A stretch of DNA of 64,000 bases, taken from NCBI RefSeq assembly GCF_009914755.1, contig NC_060948.1; one strand, given 5' to 3'. The translations under genes and the position numbers were made by a program. The DNA comes from the human T2T-CHM13v2.0 reference genome, Homo sapiens. Shown here in pieces: positions 43,422-57,652 of the stretch (positions within the stretch are counted from its first letter, which is position 1; the number at the start of each line of letters is the position of its first letter). The notes beneath the pieces are model-generated. The model searched no databases. It had not been told where the DNA came from and saw nothing but the letters and a program-made list of their open reading frames with translations.

Positions 43422-46400
43422 GGCCTGGAATAAAGTGGAATGCTACGGTCTCGAATGGAATAAAAATGTATGGAATGGAATGCAATGAAATGGAATCGAA
43501 TGTCATAGAATGTAATGGAATGCAAAAAAATGGAATCCAAAATCATTGACTGGAAAGGCTGGGTGTCGAAAGGAATTGACTCCAATGGAATGGAATCGAA
43601 TGGAATGGAAGTGAATAGAATCGAACTAAATCGAATGGAATGGAATTGATAGGAACGGAATGGAAAGGAATGCAATGATTTGGCATGGAATGGAATCGAA
43701 TGGCATCGAATGGAATGGAATGGAATGCAATGGAATGGAATGTATTAGAATGTAATGAACTTTAATGGAATGTACTCGAATGGATTCGACTGGAATGGAA
43801 TGTTCTGGAAGTGAATGGACTCCAATGGAATGGATTCCAAAGGAATGGAATCGTACGGAATGGAATCTAATGGAATGGAATTAAATGGAAATGAATCAAA
43901 TTGAATAGCACGGAATTGAATTGAATGGAATGGAATGCAATGGAATCTAATGAAACGGAAAGGAAAGGAATGGAATGGAATGGAATGGGCTGGAATGGAA
44001 AGGAATCGAAACGAATGGAATGGAATCGAACTGAAGAGACTGGAATGGAATGCACTGGAATGGAAGGGAGTGTAACGGAAGGTTCTCGAAAAAAATGGAA
44101 TCGAATGGAATGGAATTGAATGGAACGGAATAGAGTCGAATGGAATTGAATGGAATGGAATGGACTAGAGTGAAATGGAATCGAACCACAAGGAATGGAC
44201 AGGAATAGAATGGTCTCGAATTGAATGGAATCGTATGGAATGGCATCAAACGGAATGGAATGGACAGCCACGGAATGGAATGCACTCGAATGCAATGGAG
44301 TCGAAACTAATGGACTGGAATAGAATGGACTCGACTGGTACGGACTCCAATGGAATGGAATCGAATGGAAGGGAATCGAACGGAATGGACTCGAAGGGAA
44401 AAGACTGCAATGGAAAGGTCTCGAATGGAATGGAAATTAATGGAATCGAATGGAATCGAATGAAATGGAGTCAAAAGGAATGGAATCGAATGGCAAGAAA
44501 TCGAATGTAATGGAATCGCAAGGAATTGATGTGAACGGAACGGAATGGAATGGAATCCAAAGGAATGGAATAGAATGGAATGGAATCGAATGGAAAGGAC
44601 TCGAATGGCAATCACTCGAATAGAATGCAATTTAATAAAATAGGATCAAATGTAATGGAATGGAATGGAAAGGAATCGAAACGAAAGGAATGGAGACAGA
44701 TGGAATGGAATGGAACAGAGAGCAATGGTATAGAATGGAATGGAATCATCTGGAATGGAATTGAATGGAATGGAATAATATGAAATGGAATGGAATGGAA
44801 TGGAATGGAATGCCCTTGAATTAAATGGACTGGAATGGAATGGACTCGAACAGAGTGGAATGGAAAGTGTTGAGATAGAATGGAATGGACTCCTTTGGAA
44901 TGGTCTAGTATGCAATGCAATCGACTGGCAGGGAATCAAAAGGAATGTAATCGAATGGATTGGACTGGAATGCAATGGACTCGAATAGATTGGAAACGGG
45001 ATGCAAAGGAATGGAATGGAATAGTATGGAATGGAATGGAAAGGAATGGAGTGGAATAGACTAGAGTGGAATGGAATGGACTGGAAAGCAATGGACTGGA
45101 ATGGAACTTTCTTGAATGGACTGGAATCAAACGGAATGGAATGCAATGCAATCAAATGGCATGGAATAAAATAGAATGAAAGAGAATCAAATGGAATTGA
45201 ATCGAATGGAATCGAATGGATTGGAAAGGAATAGAATGGAATGGAATGGAATGGACTCAAATGGAATGGACTAGAATGGAATGGATTCGAATGGAAGGCA
45301 AAGGAATGGAATCTATTGGAATGGACTGTAATGGAATGGAATGGAAGGGATTGGAATGGACTCGAATGGAATGGACTGCAATAGAAAGGATTCGAATGGA
45401 ATGAAAAAGAATTGAATGGAATAGAACAGAATGGAATCAAATCGAATGAAATGGAATGGAATAGAAAGGAATGGAATGAAATGGAATGGAAAGGATTCGA
45501 ATGGAATGCAATCGAATGGAATGGAATCGAACGGAATGGAATAAAATGGAAGAAAACTGGCAAGAAATGGAATCGAAATGAATGGAGTGTTATGGAACGG
45601 ACTCAAAAGGACTTGAATGTAATAGAATGGAGTGGAGTGGACTCGAATATAATGGACTGGAATGGAATGAAATCACATGGAATGGGAACGAATGGAATGG
45701 AATGGAAAGGAATGGAATCGAATGGAAAGGAATCGAATGGAAGGGAATGAAATTGAATCAACAGGAATGGAAGGGAATAGAATAGACGGTAATGGAATGG
45801 ACTCGAATAGAATGGACACGAATGCTCAAATTGAATGGACTCGAATGGAATGGAAACGAAAGGAATGTCATCGAATGGAATTGAATCGATCGGAATGAAA
45901 TCGCATAGAATGGAGTGGAATCAAATGGAATTGAATCGAAAGGAAAGGAAGCGAATGGACTGAAATGAAATGGAATGGAATTGAATGGAAAGTAATGCAA
46001 TGGAATAGAATGGAACGAAATTTCACGGAATGGAATCAAACTGAATGGAATCAAATCAATGGAATATAATCAAATGGAATGGAAAGGAATTGAATGGAGT
46101 AGATTGGATTGGATGGGATTGGAATGAAATGTACTGGAAAGGACTCGAATTTCATGAAACGGAATGGAATGAATTGGAACGGAATGGACTCGAATGGAAT
46201 GGAATGTCATGGAATGGCATCAAATGGAATGGCATCAAATGGAATGGAATCGAATGCAATGGAATGCTATGGAATGGAATGGAATGCATTGGAATGGAAT
46301 GTCCTCTAATGGAATGGATTCGAGTGGAATGGAATCGAATATAATGGAGTCGAATGAAATGGAATTGAAAGGAATGGGATCGAATACAATGGAATATACT

Positions 46401-46980
46401 GGAATGTAATGTAATGAACTCGAATGTAATTGACTGGAATGGAATGTACATGAATGGAAGGTAATCGAATGGAAAGTAATCCAATGGAATAGAATCTAAT
46501 GCAATAAAACCGACTCAGATAGAGTAGAATGTAATGGAATGGAGTGCAGTGCAATGGAATGGAATGGAATTGAATGCAATGGAATGGAATGGAATGGAAT
46601 GGAATGGAATGGAATGGGATGGAGTGGTATGGAATGGATAGTAATGGACTGGAGTGAAATGGACTGGAAAGGAATGGACTCAAATTGAAAGGGCTCGAAA
46701 GGAATGGAGTCAAATGGAATGGTCTGGAATGGAATGAACACGAATGTAATGCAATCCAATAGAATGGAATCGAATGGCATGGAATATAAAGAAATGGAAT
46801 CGGAGGGAATGGAAACAAATGGAATGGAATTGAATGGAATGGAATTGAATGGAATGGGAACGAATGGAGTGAAATTGTATGCAGTAGAAGGGAATAGAAT
46901 GGAATGCAAGCGAAAGGAAAGGAATGGATTGGAATGGAATGGAATTCATTGGAATGGAAGGGAATGTAGTGTAATGGACA
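43422..46980 (+). repeat. DYZ1 unit U13, 3559 bp
   Basis: GGCC at 43422 and 46981. Near-copy of U17. Confidence 0.92.
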
Positions 46981-49900
46981 GGCCTGGAATAAAGTGGAAT
47001 GCTACGGTCTCGAATGGAATAAAAATGTATGGAATGGAATGCAATGAAACGGAATCGAATGTCATAGAATGTAATGGAATGCAAAAAAATGGAATCCAAA
47101 ATCATTGACTGGAAAGGCTGGGTGTCGAAAGGAATTGACTCCAATGGTATGGAATCGAATGGAATGGAAGTGAATAGAATCGAACTAAATCGAATGGAAT
47201 GGAATTGATAGGAACGGAATGGAAAGGAATGCAATGAATTGGCATGGAATGGAATCGAATGGCATCGAATGGAATGGAATGGAATGCAATGGAATGGAAT
47301 GTATTAGAATGTAATGAACTTTAATGGAATGTACTCGAATGGATTCGACTGGAATGGAATGTTCTGGAAGTGAATGGACTCCAATGGAATGGATTCCAAA
47401 GGAATGGAATCGTACGGAATGGAATCTAATGGAATGGAATTAAATGGAAATGAATCAAATTGAATAGCACGGAATTGAATTGAATGGAATGGAATGCAAT
47501 GGAATCTAATGAAACGGAAAGGAAAGGAATGGAATGGAATGGAATGGGCTGGAATGGAAAGGAATCGAAACGAATGGAATGGAATCGAACTGAAGAGACT
47601 GGAATGGAATGCACTGGAATGGAAGGGAGTGTAATGGAAGGTTCTCGAAAAAAATGGAATCGAATGGAATGGAATTGAATGGAACGGAATAGAGTCGAAT
47701 GGAATTGAATGGAATGGAATGGACTAGAGTGAAATGGAATCGAACCACAAGGAATGGACAGGAATAGAATGGTCTCGAATTGAATGGAATCGTATGGAAT
47801 GGCATCAAACGGAATGGAATGGACAGCCACGGAATGGAATGCACTCGAATGCAATGGAGTCGAAACTAATGGACTGGAATAGAATGGACTCGACTGGTAC
47901 GGACTCCAATGGAATGGAATCGAATGGAAGGGAATCGAACGGAATGGACTCGAAGGGAAAAGACTGCAATGGAAAGGTCTCGAATGGAATGGAAATTAAT
48001 GGAATGGAATGGAATCGAATGAAATGGAGTCAAAAGGAATGGAATCGAATGGCAAGAAATCGAATGTAATGGAATCGCAAGGAATTGATGTGAACGGAAC
48101 GGAATGGAATGGAATCCAAAGGAATGGAATAGAATGGAATGGAATCGAATGGAAAGGACTCGAATGGAAATCACTCGAATAGAATGCAATTTAATAAAAT
48201 AGGATCAAATGTAATGGAATGGAATGGAAAGGAATCGAAACGAAAGGAATGGAGACAGATGGAATGGAATGGAACAGAGAGCAATGGTATAGAATGGAAT
48301 GGAATCATCTGGAATGGAATTGAATGGAATGGAATAATATGAAATGGAATGGAATGGAATGGAATGGAATGCCCTTGAATTAAATGGACTGGACTCGAAC
48401 AGAGTGGAATGGAAAGTGTTGAGATAGAATGGAATGGACTCCTTTGGAATGGTGTAGTATGCAATGCAATCGACTGGCATGGAATCAAAAGGAATGTAAT
48501 GGAATGGATTGGACTGGAATGCAATGGACTCGAATAGACTGGAAACGGAATGCAAAGGAATGGAATGGAATAGTATGGAATTTAATGGAAAGGAATGGAG
48601 TGGAATAGACTAGAGTGGAATGGAATGGACTGGAAAGCAATGGACTGGAATGGAACATTCTTGAATGGACTGGAATCAAACGGAATGGAATGCAATGCAA
48701 TCAAGTGGCATGGAATAAAATAGAATGAAAGAGAATCAAATGGAATTGAATCGAATGGAATCGAATGGATTGGAAAGGAATAGAATGGAATGGAATGGAA
48801 TTGACTCAAATGGAATGGACTAGAATGGAATGGATTCGAATGGAAGGCAAAGGAATGGAATCTACTGGAATGGACTGTAATGGAATGGAATGGAAGGGAT
48901 TGGAATGGATTCGAATGGAATGGACTGCAATAGAAAGGATTCGAATGGAATGAAATAGAATTGAATGGAATAGAACAGAATGGAATCAAATCGAATGAAA
49001 TGGAATGGAATAGAAAGGAATGGAATGAAATGGAATGGAAAGGATTCGAATGGAATGCAATCGAATGGAATGGAATCGAACGGAATGGAATAAAATGGAA
49101 GAAAACTGGCAAGAAATGGAATCGAAATGAATGGAGTGTTATGGAACGGACTCAAAAGGAATTGAATGTAATAGAATGGAGTGGAGTGGACTCGAATATA
49201 ATGGACTGGAATGGAATGAAATCACATGGAATGGGAACGAATGGAATGGAATGGAAAGGAATGGAATCGAATGGAAAGGAATCGAATGGAAGGGAATGAA
49301 ATTGAATCAACAGGAATGGAAGGGAATAGAATAGACGGTAATGGAATGGACTCGAATAGAATGGACACGAATGCTCAAATTGAATGGACTCGAAAGGAAT
49401 GGAAACGAAAGGAATGTCATCGAATGGAATTGAATCGATTGGAATGAAATCGCATAGAATGGAGTGGAATCAAATGGAATTGAATCGAAAGGAAAGGAAG
49501 CGAATGGACTGAAATGAAATGGAATGGAATTGAATGGAAAGTAATGCAATGGAATAGAATGGAAGGAAATTTCACGGAATGGAATCAAACTGAATGGAAT
49601 CAAATCAATGGAATCAAATCAAATGGAATGGAAAGGAATTGAAAGGAGTAGATTGGATTGGATGGGATTGGAATGAAATGTACTGGAAAGGACTCGAATT
49701 TCATGAAACGGAATGGAATGAATTGGAACGGAATGGACTCGAATGGAATGGAATGTCATGGAATGGCATCAAATGGAATGGCATCAAATGGAATGGAATC
49801 GAATGCAATGGAAGGCTATGGAATGGAATGGAATGCATTGGAATGGAATGTCCTCTAATGGAATGGATTCGAGTGGAATGGAATCGAATATAATGGAGTC

Positions 49901-50529
49901 GAATGAAATGGAATTGAAAGGAATGGGATCGAATACAATGGAATATACTGGAATGTAATGTAATGAACTCGAATGTAATTGACTGGAATGGAATGTACAT
50001 GAATGGAATGTAATCGAATGGAAAGTAATCCAATGGAATAGAATCTAATGCAATAAAATCGACTCAGATACAGTAGAATGTAATGGAATGGAGTGCAGTG
50101 CAATGGAATGGAATGGAATGGAATGCAATGGAATGGAATGGAATGGAATGCAATGGAATGGAATGGAATGGAATGGTGTGGAATGGATAGTAATGGACTG
50201 GAGTGAAATGGACTGGAAAGGAATGGACTCAAATTGAAAGGGCTCGAAAGGAATAGAGTCAAATGGAATGGTCTGGAATGGAATGAACACGAATGTAATG
50301 CAATCCAATAGAATGGAATCGAATGGCATGGAATATAAAGAAATGGAATCGAAGAGAATGGAAACAAATGGAATGGAATTGAGTGGAATGGAATTGAATG
50401 GAATGGGAACGAATGGAGTGAAATTGTATGCAGTAGAAGAGAATAGAATGGAATGCAAGTGAAAGGAAAGGAATGGATTGGAATGGAATGGAATTCATTG
50501 GAATGGAAGGGAATGTAGTGTAATGGACA
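46981..50529 (+). repeat. DYZ1 unit U14, 3549 bp
   Basis: GGCC at 46981 and 50530. 10-bp deletion at ~48390 shared with U1. Confidence 0.92.
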
Positions 50530-53500
50530 GGCCTGGAATAAAGTGGAATGCTACGGTCTCGAATGGAATAAAAATGTATGGAATGGAATGCAATGAAACG
50601 GAATCGAATGTCATAGAATGTAATGGAATGCAAAAAAATGGAATCCAAAATCATTGACTGGAAAGGCTGGGTGTCGAAAGGAATTGACTCCAATGGAATG
50701 GAATCGAATGGAATGGAAGTGAATAGAATCGAACTAAATCGAATGGAATGGAATTGATAGGAACGGAATGGAAAGGAATGCAATGATTTGGCATGGAATG
50801 GAATCGAATGGCATCGAATGGAATGGAATGGAATGCAATGGAATGGAATGTATTAGAATGTAATGAACTTTAATGGAATGTACTTGAATAGATTTGACTG
50901 GAATGGAATGTTCTGGAAGTGAATGGACTCCAATGGAATGGATTCCAAAGGAATGGAATCGTACGGAATGGAATGTAATGGAATGGAATTAAATGGAAAT
51001 GAATCAAATTGAATAGCACGGAATTGAATTGAATGGAATGGAATGCAATGGAATCTAATGAAACGGAAAGGAAAGGAATGGAATGGAATGGAATGGGCTG
51101 GAATGGAAAGGAATCGAAACGAATGGAATGGAATCGAACTGAAGAGACTGGAATGGAATGCACTGGAATGGAAGGGAGTGTAATGGAAGGTTCTCGAAAA
51201 AAATGGAATCGAATGGAATGGAATTGAATGGAACGGAATAGAGTCGAATGGAATTGAATGGAATGGAATGGACTAGAGTGAAATGGAATCGAACCACAAG
51301 GAATGGACAGGAATAGAATGGTCTCGAATTGAATGGAATCGTATGGAATGGCATCAAACGGAATGGAATGGACAGCCACGGAATGGAATGCACTCGAATG
51401 CAATGGAGTCGAAACTAATGGACTGGAATAGAATGGACTCGACTGGTACGGACTCCAATGGAATGGAATCGAATGGAAGGGAATCGAACGGAATGGACTC
51501 GAAGGGAAAAGACTGCAATGGAAAGGTCTCGAATGGAATGGAAATTAATGGAATGGAATGGAATCGAATGAAATGGAGTCAAAAGGAATGGAATCGAATG
51601 GCAAGAAATCGAATGTAATGGAATCGCAAGGAATTGATGTGAACGGAACGGAATGGAATGGAATCCAAAGGAATGGAATAGAATGGAATGGAATCGAATG
51701 GAAAGGACTCGAATGGAAATCACTCGAATAGAATGCAATTTAATAAAATAGGATCAAATGTAATGGAATGGAATGGAAAGGAATCGAAACGAAAGGAATG
51801 GAGACAGATGGAATGGAATGGAACAGAGAGCAATGGTATAGAATGGAATGGAATCATCTGGAATGGAATTGAATGGAATGGAATAATATGAAATGGAATG
51901 GAATGGAATGGAATGGAATGCCCTTGAATTAAATGGACTGGAATGGAATGGACTCGAACAGAGTGGAATGGAAAGTGTTGAGATAGAATGGAATGGACTC
52001 CTTTGGAATGGTGTAGTATGCAATGCAATCGACTGGCAGGGAATCAAAAGGAATGTAATGGAATGGACTGGACTGGAATGCAATGGACTCGAATAGATTG
52101 GAAACGGAATGCAAAGGAATGGAATGGAATAGTATGGAATGGAATGGAAAGGAATGGAGTGGAATAGACTAGAGTGGAATGGAATGGACTGGAAAGCAAT
52201 GGACTGGAATGGAACTTTCTTGAATGGACTGGAATCAAACGGAATGGAATGCAATGCAATCAAATGGCATGGAATAAAATAGAATGAAAGAGAATCAAAT
52301 GGAATTGAATCGAATGGAATCGAATGGATTGGAAAGGAATAGAATGGAATGGAATGGAATGGACTCAAATGGAATGGACTAGAATGGAATGGATTCGAAT
52401 GGAAGGCAAAGGAATGGAATCTATTGGAATGGACTGTAATGGAATGGAATGGAAGGGATTGGAATGGACTCGAATGGAATGGACTGCAATAGAAAGGATT
52501 CGAATGGAATGAAAAAGAATTGAATGGAATAGAACAGAATGGAATCAAATCGAATGAAATGGAATGGAATAGAAAGGAATGGAATGAAATGGAATGGAAA
52601 GGATTCGAATGGAATGCAATCGAATGGAATGGAATCGAACGGAATGGAATAAAATGGAAGAAAACTGGCAAGAAATGGAATCGAAATGAATGGAGTGTTT
52701 TGGAACGGACTCAAAAGGAATTGAATGTAATAGAATGGAGTGGAGTGGACTCGAATATAATGGACTGGAATGGAATGAAATCACATGGAATGGGAACGAA
52801 TGGAATGGAATGGAAAGGAATGGAATCGAATGGAAAGGAATCGAATGGAAGGGAATGAAACTGAATCAACAGGAATGGAAGGGAATAGAATAGACGGTAA
52901 TGGAATGGACTCGAATTGAATGGACACGAATGCTCAAATTGAATGGACTCGAATGGAATGGAAACGAAAGGAATGTCATCGAATGGAATTGAATCGATCG
53001 GAATGAAATCGCATAGAATGGAGTGGAATCAAATGGAATTGAATCGAAAGGAAAGGAAGCGAATGGACTGAAATGAAATGGAATGGAATTGAATGGAAAG
53101 TAATGAAATGGAATAGAATGGAACGAAATTTCACGGAATGGAATCAAACTGAATGGAATCAAATCAATGGAATCTAATCAAATGGAATGGAAAGGAATTG
53201 AATGGAGTAGATTGGATTGGATGGGATTGGAATGAAATGTACTGGAAAGGACTCGAATTTCATGAAACGGAATGGAATGAATTGGAACGGAATGGACTCG
53301 AATGGAATGGAATGTCATGGAATGGCATCAAATGGAATGGCATCAAATGGAATGGAATCGAATGCAATGGAATGCTATGGAATGGAATAGAATGCATTGG
53401 AATGGAATGTCCTCTAATGGAATGGATTCGAGTGGAATGGAATCGAATATAATGGAGTCGAATGAAATGGAATTGAAAGGAATGGGATCGAATAGAATGG

Positions 53501-54088
53501 AATATACTGGAATGTAATGTAATGAACTCGAATGTAATTGACTGGAATGGAATGTACATGAATGGAATGTAATCGAATGGAAAGTAATCCAATGGAATAG
53601 AATCTAATGCAATAAAACCGACTCAGATAGAGTAGAATGTAATGGAATGGAGTGCAGTGCAATGGAATGGAATGGAATTGAATGCAATGGAATGGAATGG
53701 AATGGAATGGAATGGAATGGAATGGGATGGAATGGTATGGAATGGATAGTAATGGACTGGAGTGAAATGGACTGGAAAGGAATGGACTCAAATTGAAAGG
53801 GCTCGAAAGGAATGGAGTCAAATGGAATGGTCTGGAATGGAATGAACACGAATGTAATGCAATCCAATAGAATGGAATCGAATGGCATGGAATATAAAGA
53901 AATGGATTCGAAGAGAATGGAAACAAATGGAATGGAATTGAATGGAATGGAATTGAATGGAATGGGAACGAATGGAGTGAAATTGTATGCAGTAGAAGGG
54001 AATAGAATGGAATGCAAGCGAAAGGAAAGGAATGGATTGGAATGGAATGGAATTCATTGGAATGGAAGGGAATGTAGTGTATTGGACA
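50530..54088 (+). repeat. DYZ1 unit U15, 3559 bp
   Basis: GGCC at 50530 and 54089. Confidence 0.92.
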
Positions 54089-57000
54089 GGCCTGGAATAA
54101 AGTGGAATGCTACGGTCTCGAATGGAATAAAAATGTATGGAATGGAATGCAATGAAACGGAATCGAATGTCATAGAATGTAATGGAATGCAACAAAATGG
54201 AATCCAAAATCATTGACTGGAAAGGCTGGGTGTCGAAAGGAATTGACTCCAATGGAATGGAATCGAATGGAATGGAAGTGAATAGAATCGAACTAAATCG
54301 AATGGAATGGAATTGATAGGAACGGAATGGAAAGGAATGCAATGATTTGGCATGGAATGGAATCGAATGGCATCGAATGGAATAGAATGGAATGGAATGG
54401 AATGGAATGTATTAGAATGTAATGAGCTTTAATGGAATGTACTCGAATGGATTCGACTGGAATGGAATGTTCTGGAAGTGAATGGACTCCAATGGAATGG
54501 ATTCCAAAGGAATGGAATCGTACGGAATGGAATCTAATGGAATGGAATTAAATGGAAATGAATCAAATTGAATAGCACGGAATTGAATTGAATGGAATGG
54601 AATGCAATGGAATCTAATGAAACGGAAAGGAAAGGAATGGAATGGAATGGGCTGGAATGGAAAGGAATCGAAACGAATGGAATGGAATCGAACTGAAGAG
54701 ACTGGAATGGAATGCACTGGAATGGAAGGGAGTGTAATGGAAGGTTCTCGAAAAAAATGGAATCGAATGGAATGGAATTGAATGGAACGGAATAGAGTCG
54801 AATGGAATTGAATGGAATGGAATGGACTAGAGTGAAATGGAATCGAACCACAAGGAATGGACAGGAATAGAATGGTCTCGAATTGAATGGAATCGTATGG
54901 AATGGCATCAAACGGAATGGAATGGACAGCCACGGAATGGAATGCACTCGAATGCAATGGAGTCGAAACTAATGGAATGGAATAGAATGGACTCGACTGG
55001 TACGGACTCCAATGGAATGGAATCGAATGGAAGGGAATCGAACGGAATGGACTCGAAGGGAAAAGACTGCAATGGAAAGGTCTCGAATGGAATGGAAATT
55101 AATGGATTGGAATGGAATCGAATGAAATGGAGTCAAAAGGAATGGAATCGAATGGCAAGAAATCGAATGTAATGGAATCGCAAGGAATTGATGTGAACGG
55201 AACGGAATGGAATGGAATCCAAAGGAATGGAATAGAATGGAATGGAATCGAATGGAAAGGACTCGAATGGAAATCACTCGAATAGAATGCAATTTAATAA
55301 AATAGGATCAAATGTAATGGAATGGAATGGAAAGGAATCGAAACGAAAGGAATGGAGACAGATGGAATGGAATAGAACAGAGTGCAATGGTATAGAATGG
55401 AATGGAATCATCTGGAATGGAATTGAATGGAATGGAATAATATGAAATGGAATGGAATGGAATGGAATGGAATGCCCTTGAATTAAATGGACTGGAATGG
55501 AATGGACTCGAACAGAGTGGAATGGAAAGTGTTGAGATAGAATGGAATGGACTCCTTTGGAATGGTGTAGTATGCAATGCAATCGACTGGCATGGAATAA
55601 AAAGGAATGTAATGGAATGGATTGGACTGGAATGCAATGGACTCGAATAGATTGCAAACGGAATGCAAAGGAATGGAATGGAATAGTATGGAATGGAATG
55701 GAAAGGAATGGAGTGGAATAGACTAGAGTGGAATGCAATGGACTGGAAAGCAATGGACTGGAATGGAACTTTCTTGAATGGACTGGAATCAAACGGAATG
55801 GAATGCAATGCAATCAAATGGCATGGAATAAAATAGAATGAAAGAGAATCAAATGGAATTGAATCGAATGGAATCGAATGGATTGGAAAGGAATAGAATG
55901 GAATGGAATGGAATGGACTCAAATGGAATGGACTAGAATGGAATTGATTCGAATGGAAGGCAAAGGAATGGAATCTATTGGAATGGACTGTAATGGAATG
56001 GAATGGAAGGGATTGGAATGGACTCGAATGGAATGGACTGCAATAGAAAGGATTCGAATGGAATGAAAAAGAATTGAATGGAATAGAACAGAATGGAATC
56101 AAATCGAATGAAATGGAATGGAATAGAAAGGAATGGAATGAAATGGAATGGAAAGGATTCGAATGGAATGTAATCGAATGGAATGGAATCGAACGGAATG
56201 GAATAAAATGGAAGAAAACTGGCAAGAAATGGAATCGAAATGAATGGAGTGTTATGGAACGGACTCAAAAGGAATTGAATGTAATAGAATGGAGTGGAGT
56301 GGACTCGAATATAATGGACTGGAATGGAATGAAATCACATGGAATGGGAACGAATGGAATGGAATGGAAAGGAATGGAATCGAATGGAAAGGAATCGAAT
56401 GGAAGGGAATGAAATTGAATCAACAGGAATGGAAGGGAATAGAATAGACGGTAATGGAATGGACTCGAATAGAATGGACACGAATGCTCAAATTGAATGG
56501 ACTCGAATGGAATGGAAACGAAAGGAATGTCATCGAATGGAATTGAATCGATCGGAATGAAATCGCATAGAATGGAGTGGAATCAAATGGAATTGAATCG
56601 AAAGGAAAGGAAGCGAATGGACTGAAATGAAATGGAATGGAATTGAATGGAAAGTAATGCAATGGAATAGAATGGAACGAAATTTCACGGAATGGAATCA
56701 AACTGAATGGAATCAAATCAATGGAATATAATCAAATGGAATGGAAAGGAATTGAATGGAGTAGATTGGATTGGATGGGATTGGAATGAAATGTACTGGA
56801 AAGGACTCGAATTTCATGAAACGGCATGGAATGAATTGGAACGGAATGGACTCGAATGGAATGGAATGTCATGGAATGGCATCAAATGGAATGGCATCAA
56901 ATGGAATGGAATCGAATGCAATGGAATGCTATGGAATGGAATGGAATGCATTGGAATGGAATGTCCTCTAATGGAATGGATTCGAGTGGAATGGAATCGA

Positions 57001-57652
57001 ATATAATGGAGTCGAATGAAATGGAATTGAAAGGAATGGGATCGAATAGAATGGAATATACTGGAATGTAATGTAATGAACTCGAATGTAATTGACTGGA
57101 ATGGAATGTACATGAATGGAATGTAATCGAATGGAAAGTAATCCAATGGAATAGAATCTAATGCAATAAAATCGACTCAGATAGAGTAGAATGTAATGGA
57201 ATGGAGTGCAGTGCAATGGAATGGAATGGAATGGAATGCAATTGAATGGAATGGAATGGAATGGAATGGAATGGAATGGAATGGAATGGGATGGAATGGT
57301 ATGGAATGGATAGTAATGGACTGGAGTGAAATGGACTGGAAAGGAATGGATTCAAATTGAAAGGGCTCGAAAGGAATGGAGTCAAATGGAATGGTCTGGA
57401 ATGGAATGAACACGAATGTAATGCAATCCAATAGAATGGAATCGAATGGCATGGAATATAAAGAAATGGAATCGGAGAGAATGGAAACAAATGGAATGGA
57501 ATTGAATGGAATGGAATTGAATGGAATGGGAACGAATGGAGTGAAATTGTATGCAGTAGAAGGGAATAGAATGGAATGCAAGCGAAAGGAAAGGAATGGA
57601 TTGGAATGGAATGGAATTCATTGGAATGGAAGGGAATGTAGTGTAATGGACA
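54089..57652 (+). repeat. DYZ1 unit U16, 3564 bp
   Basis: GGCC at 54089 and 57653. Confidence 0.92.
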
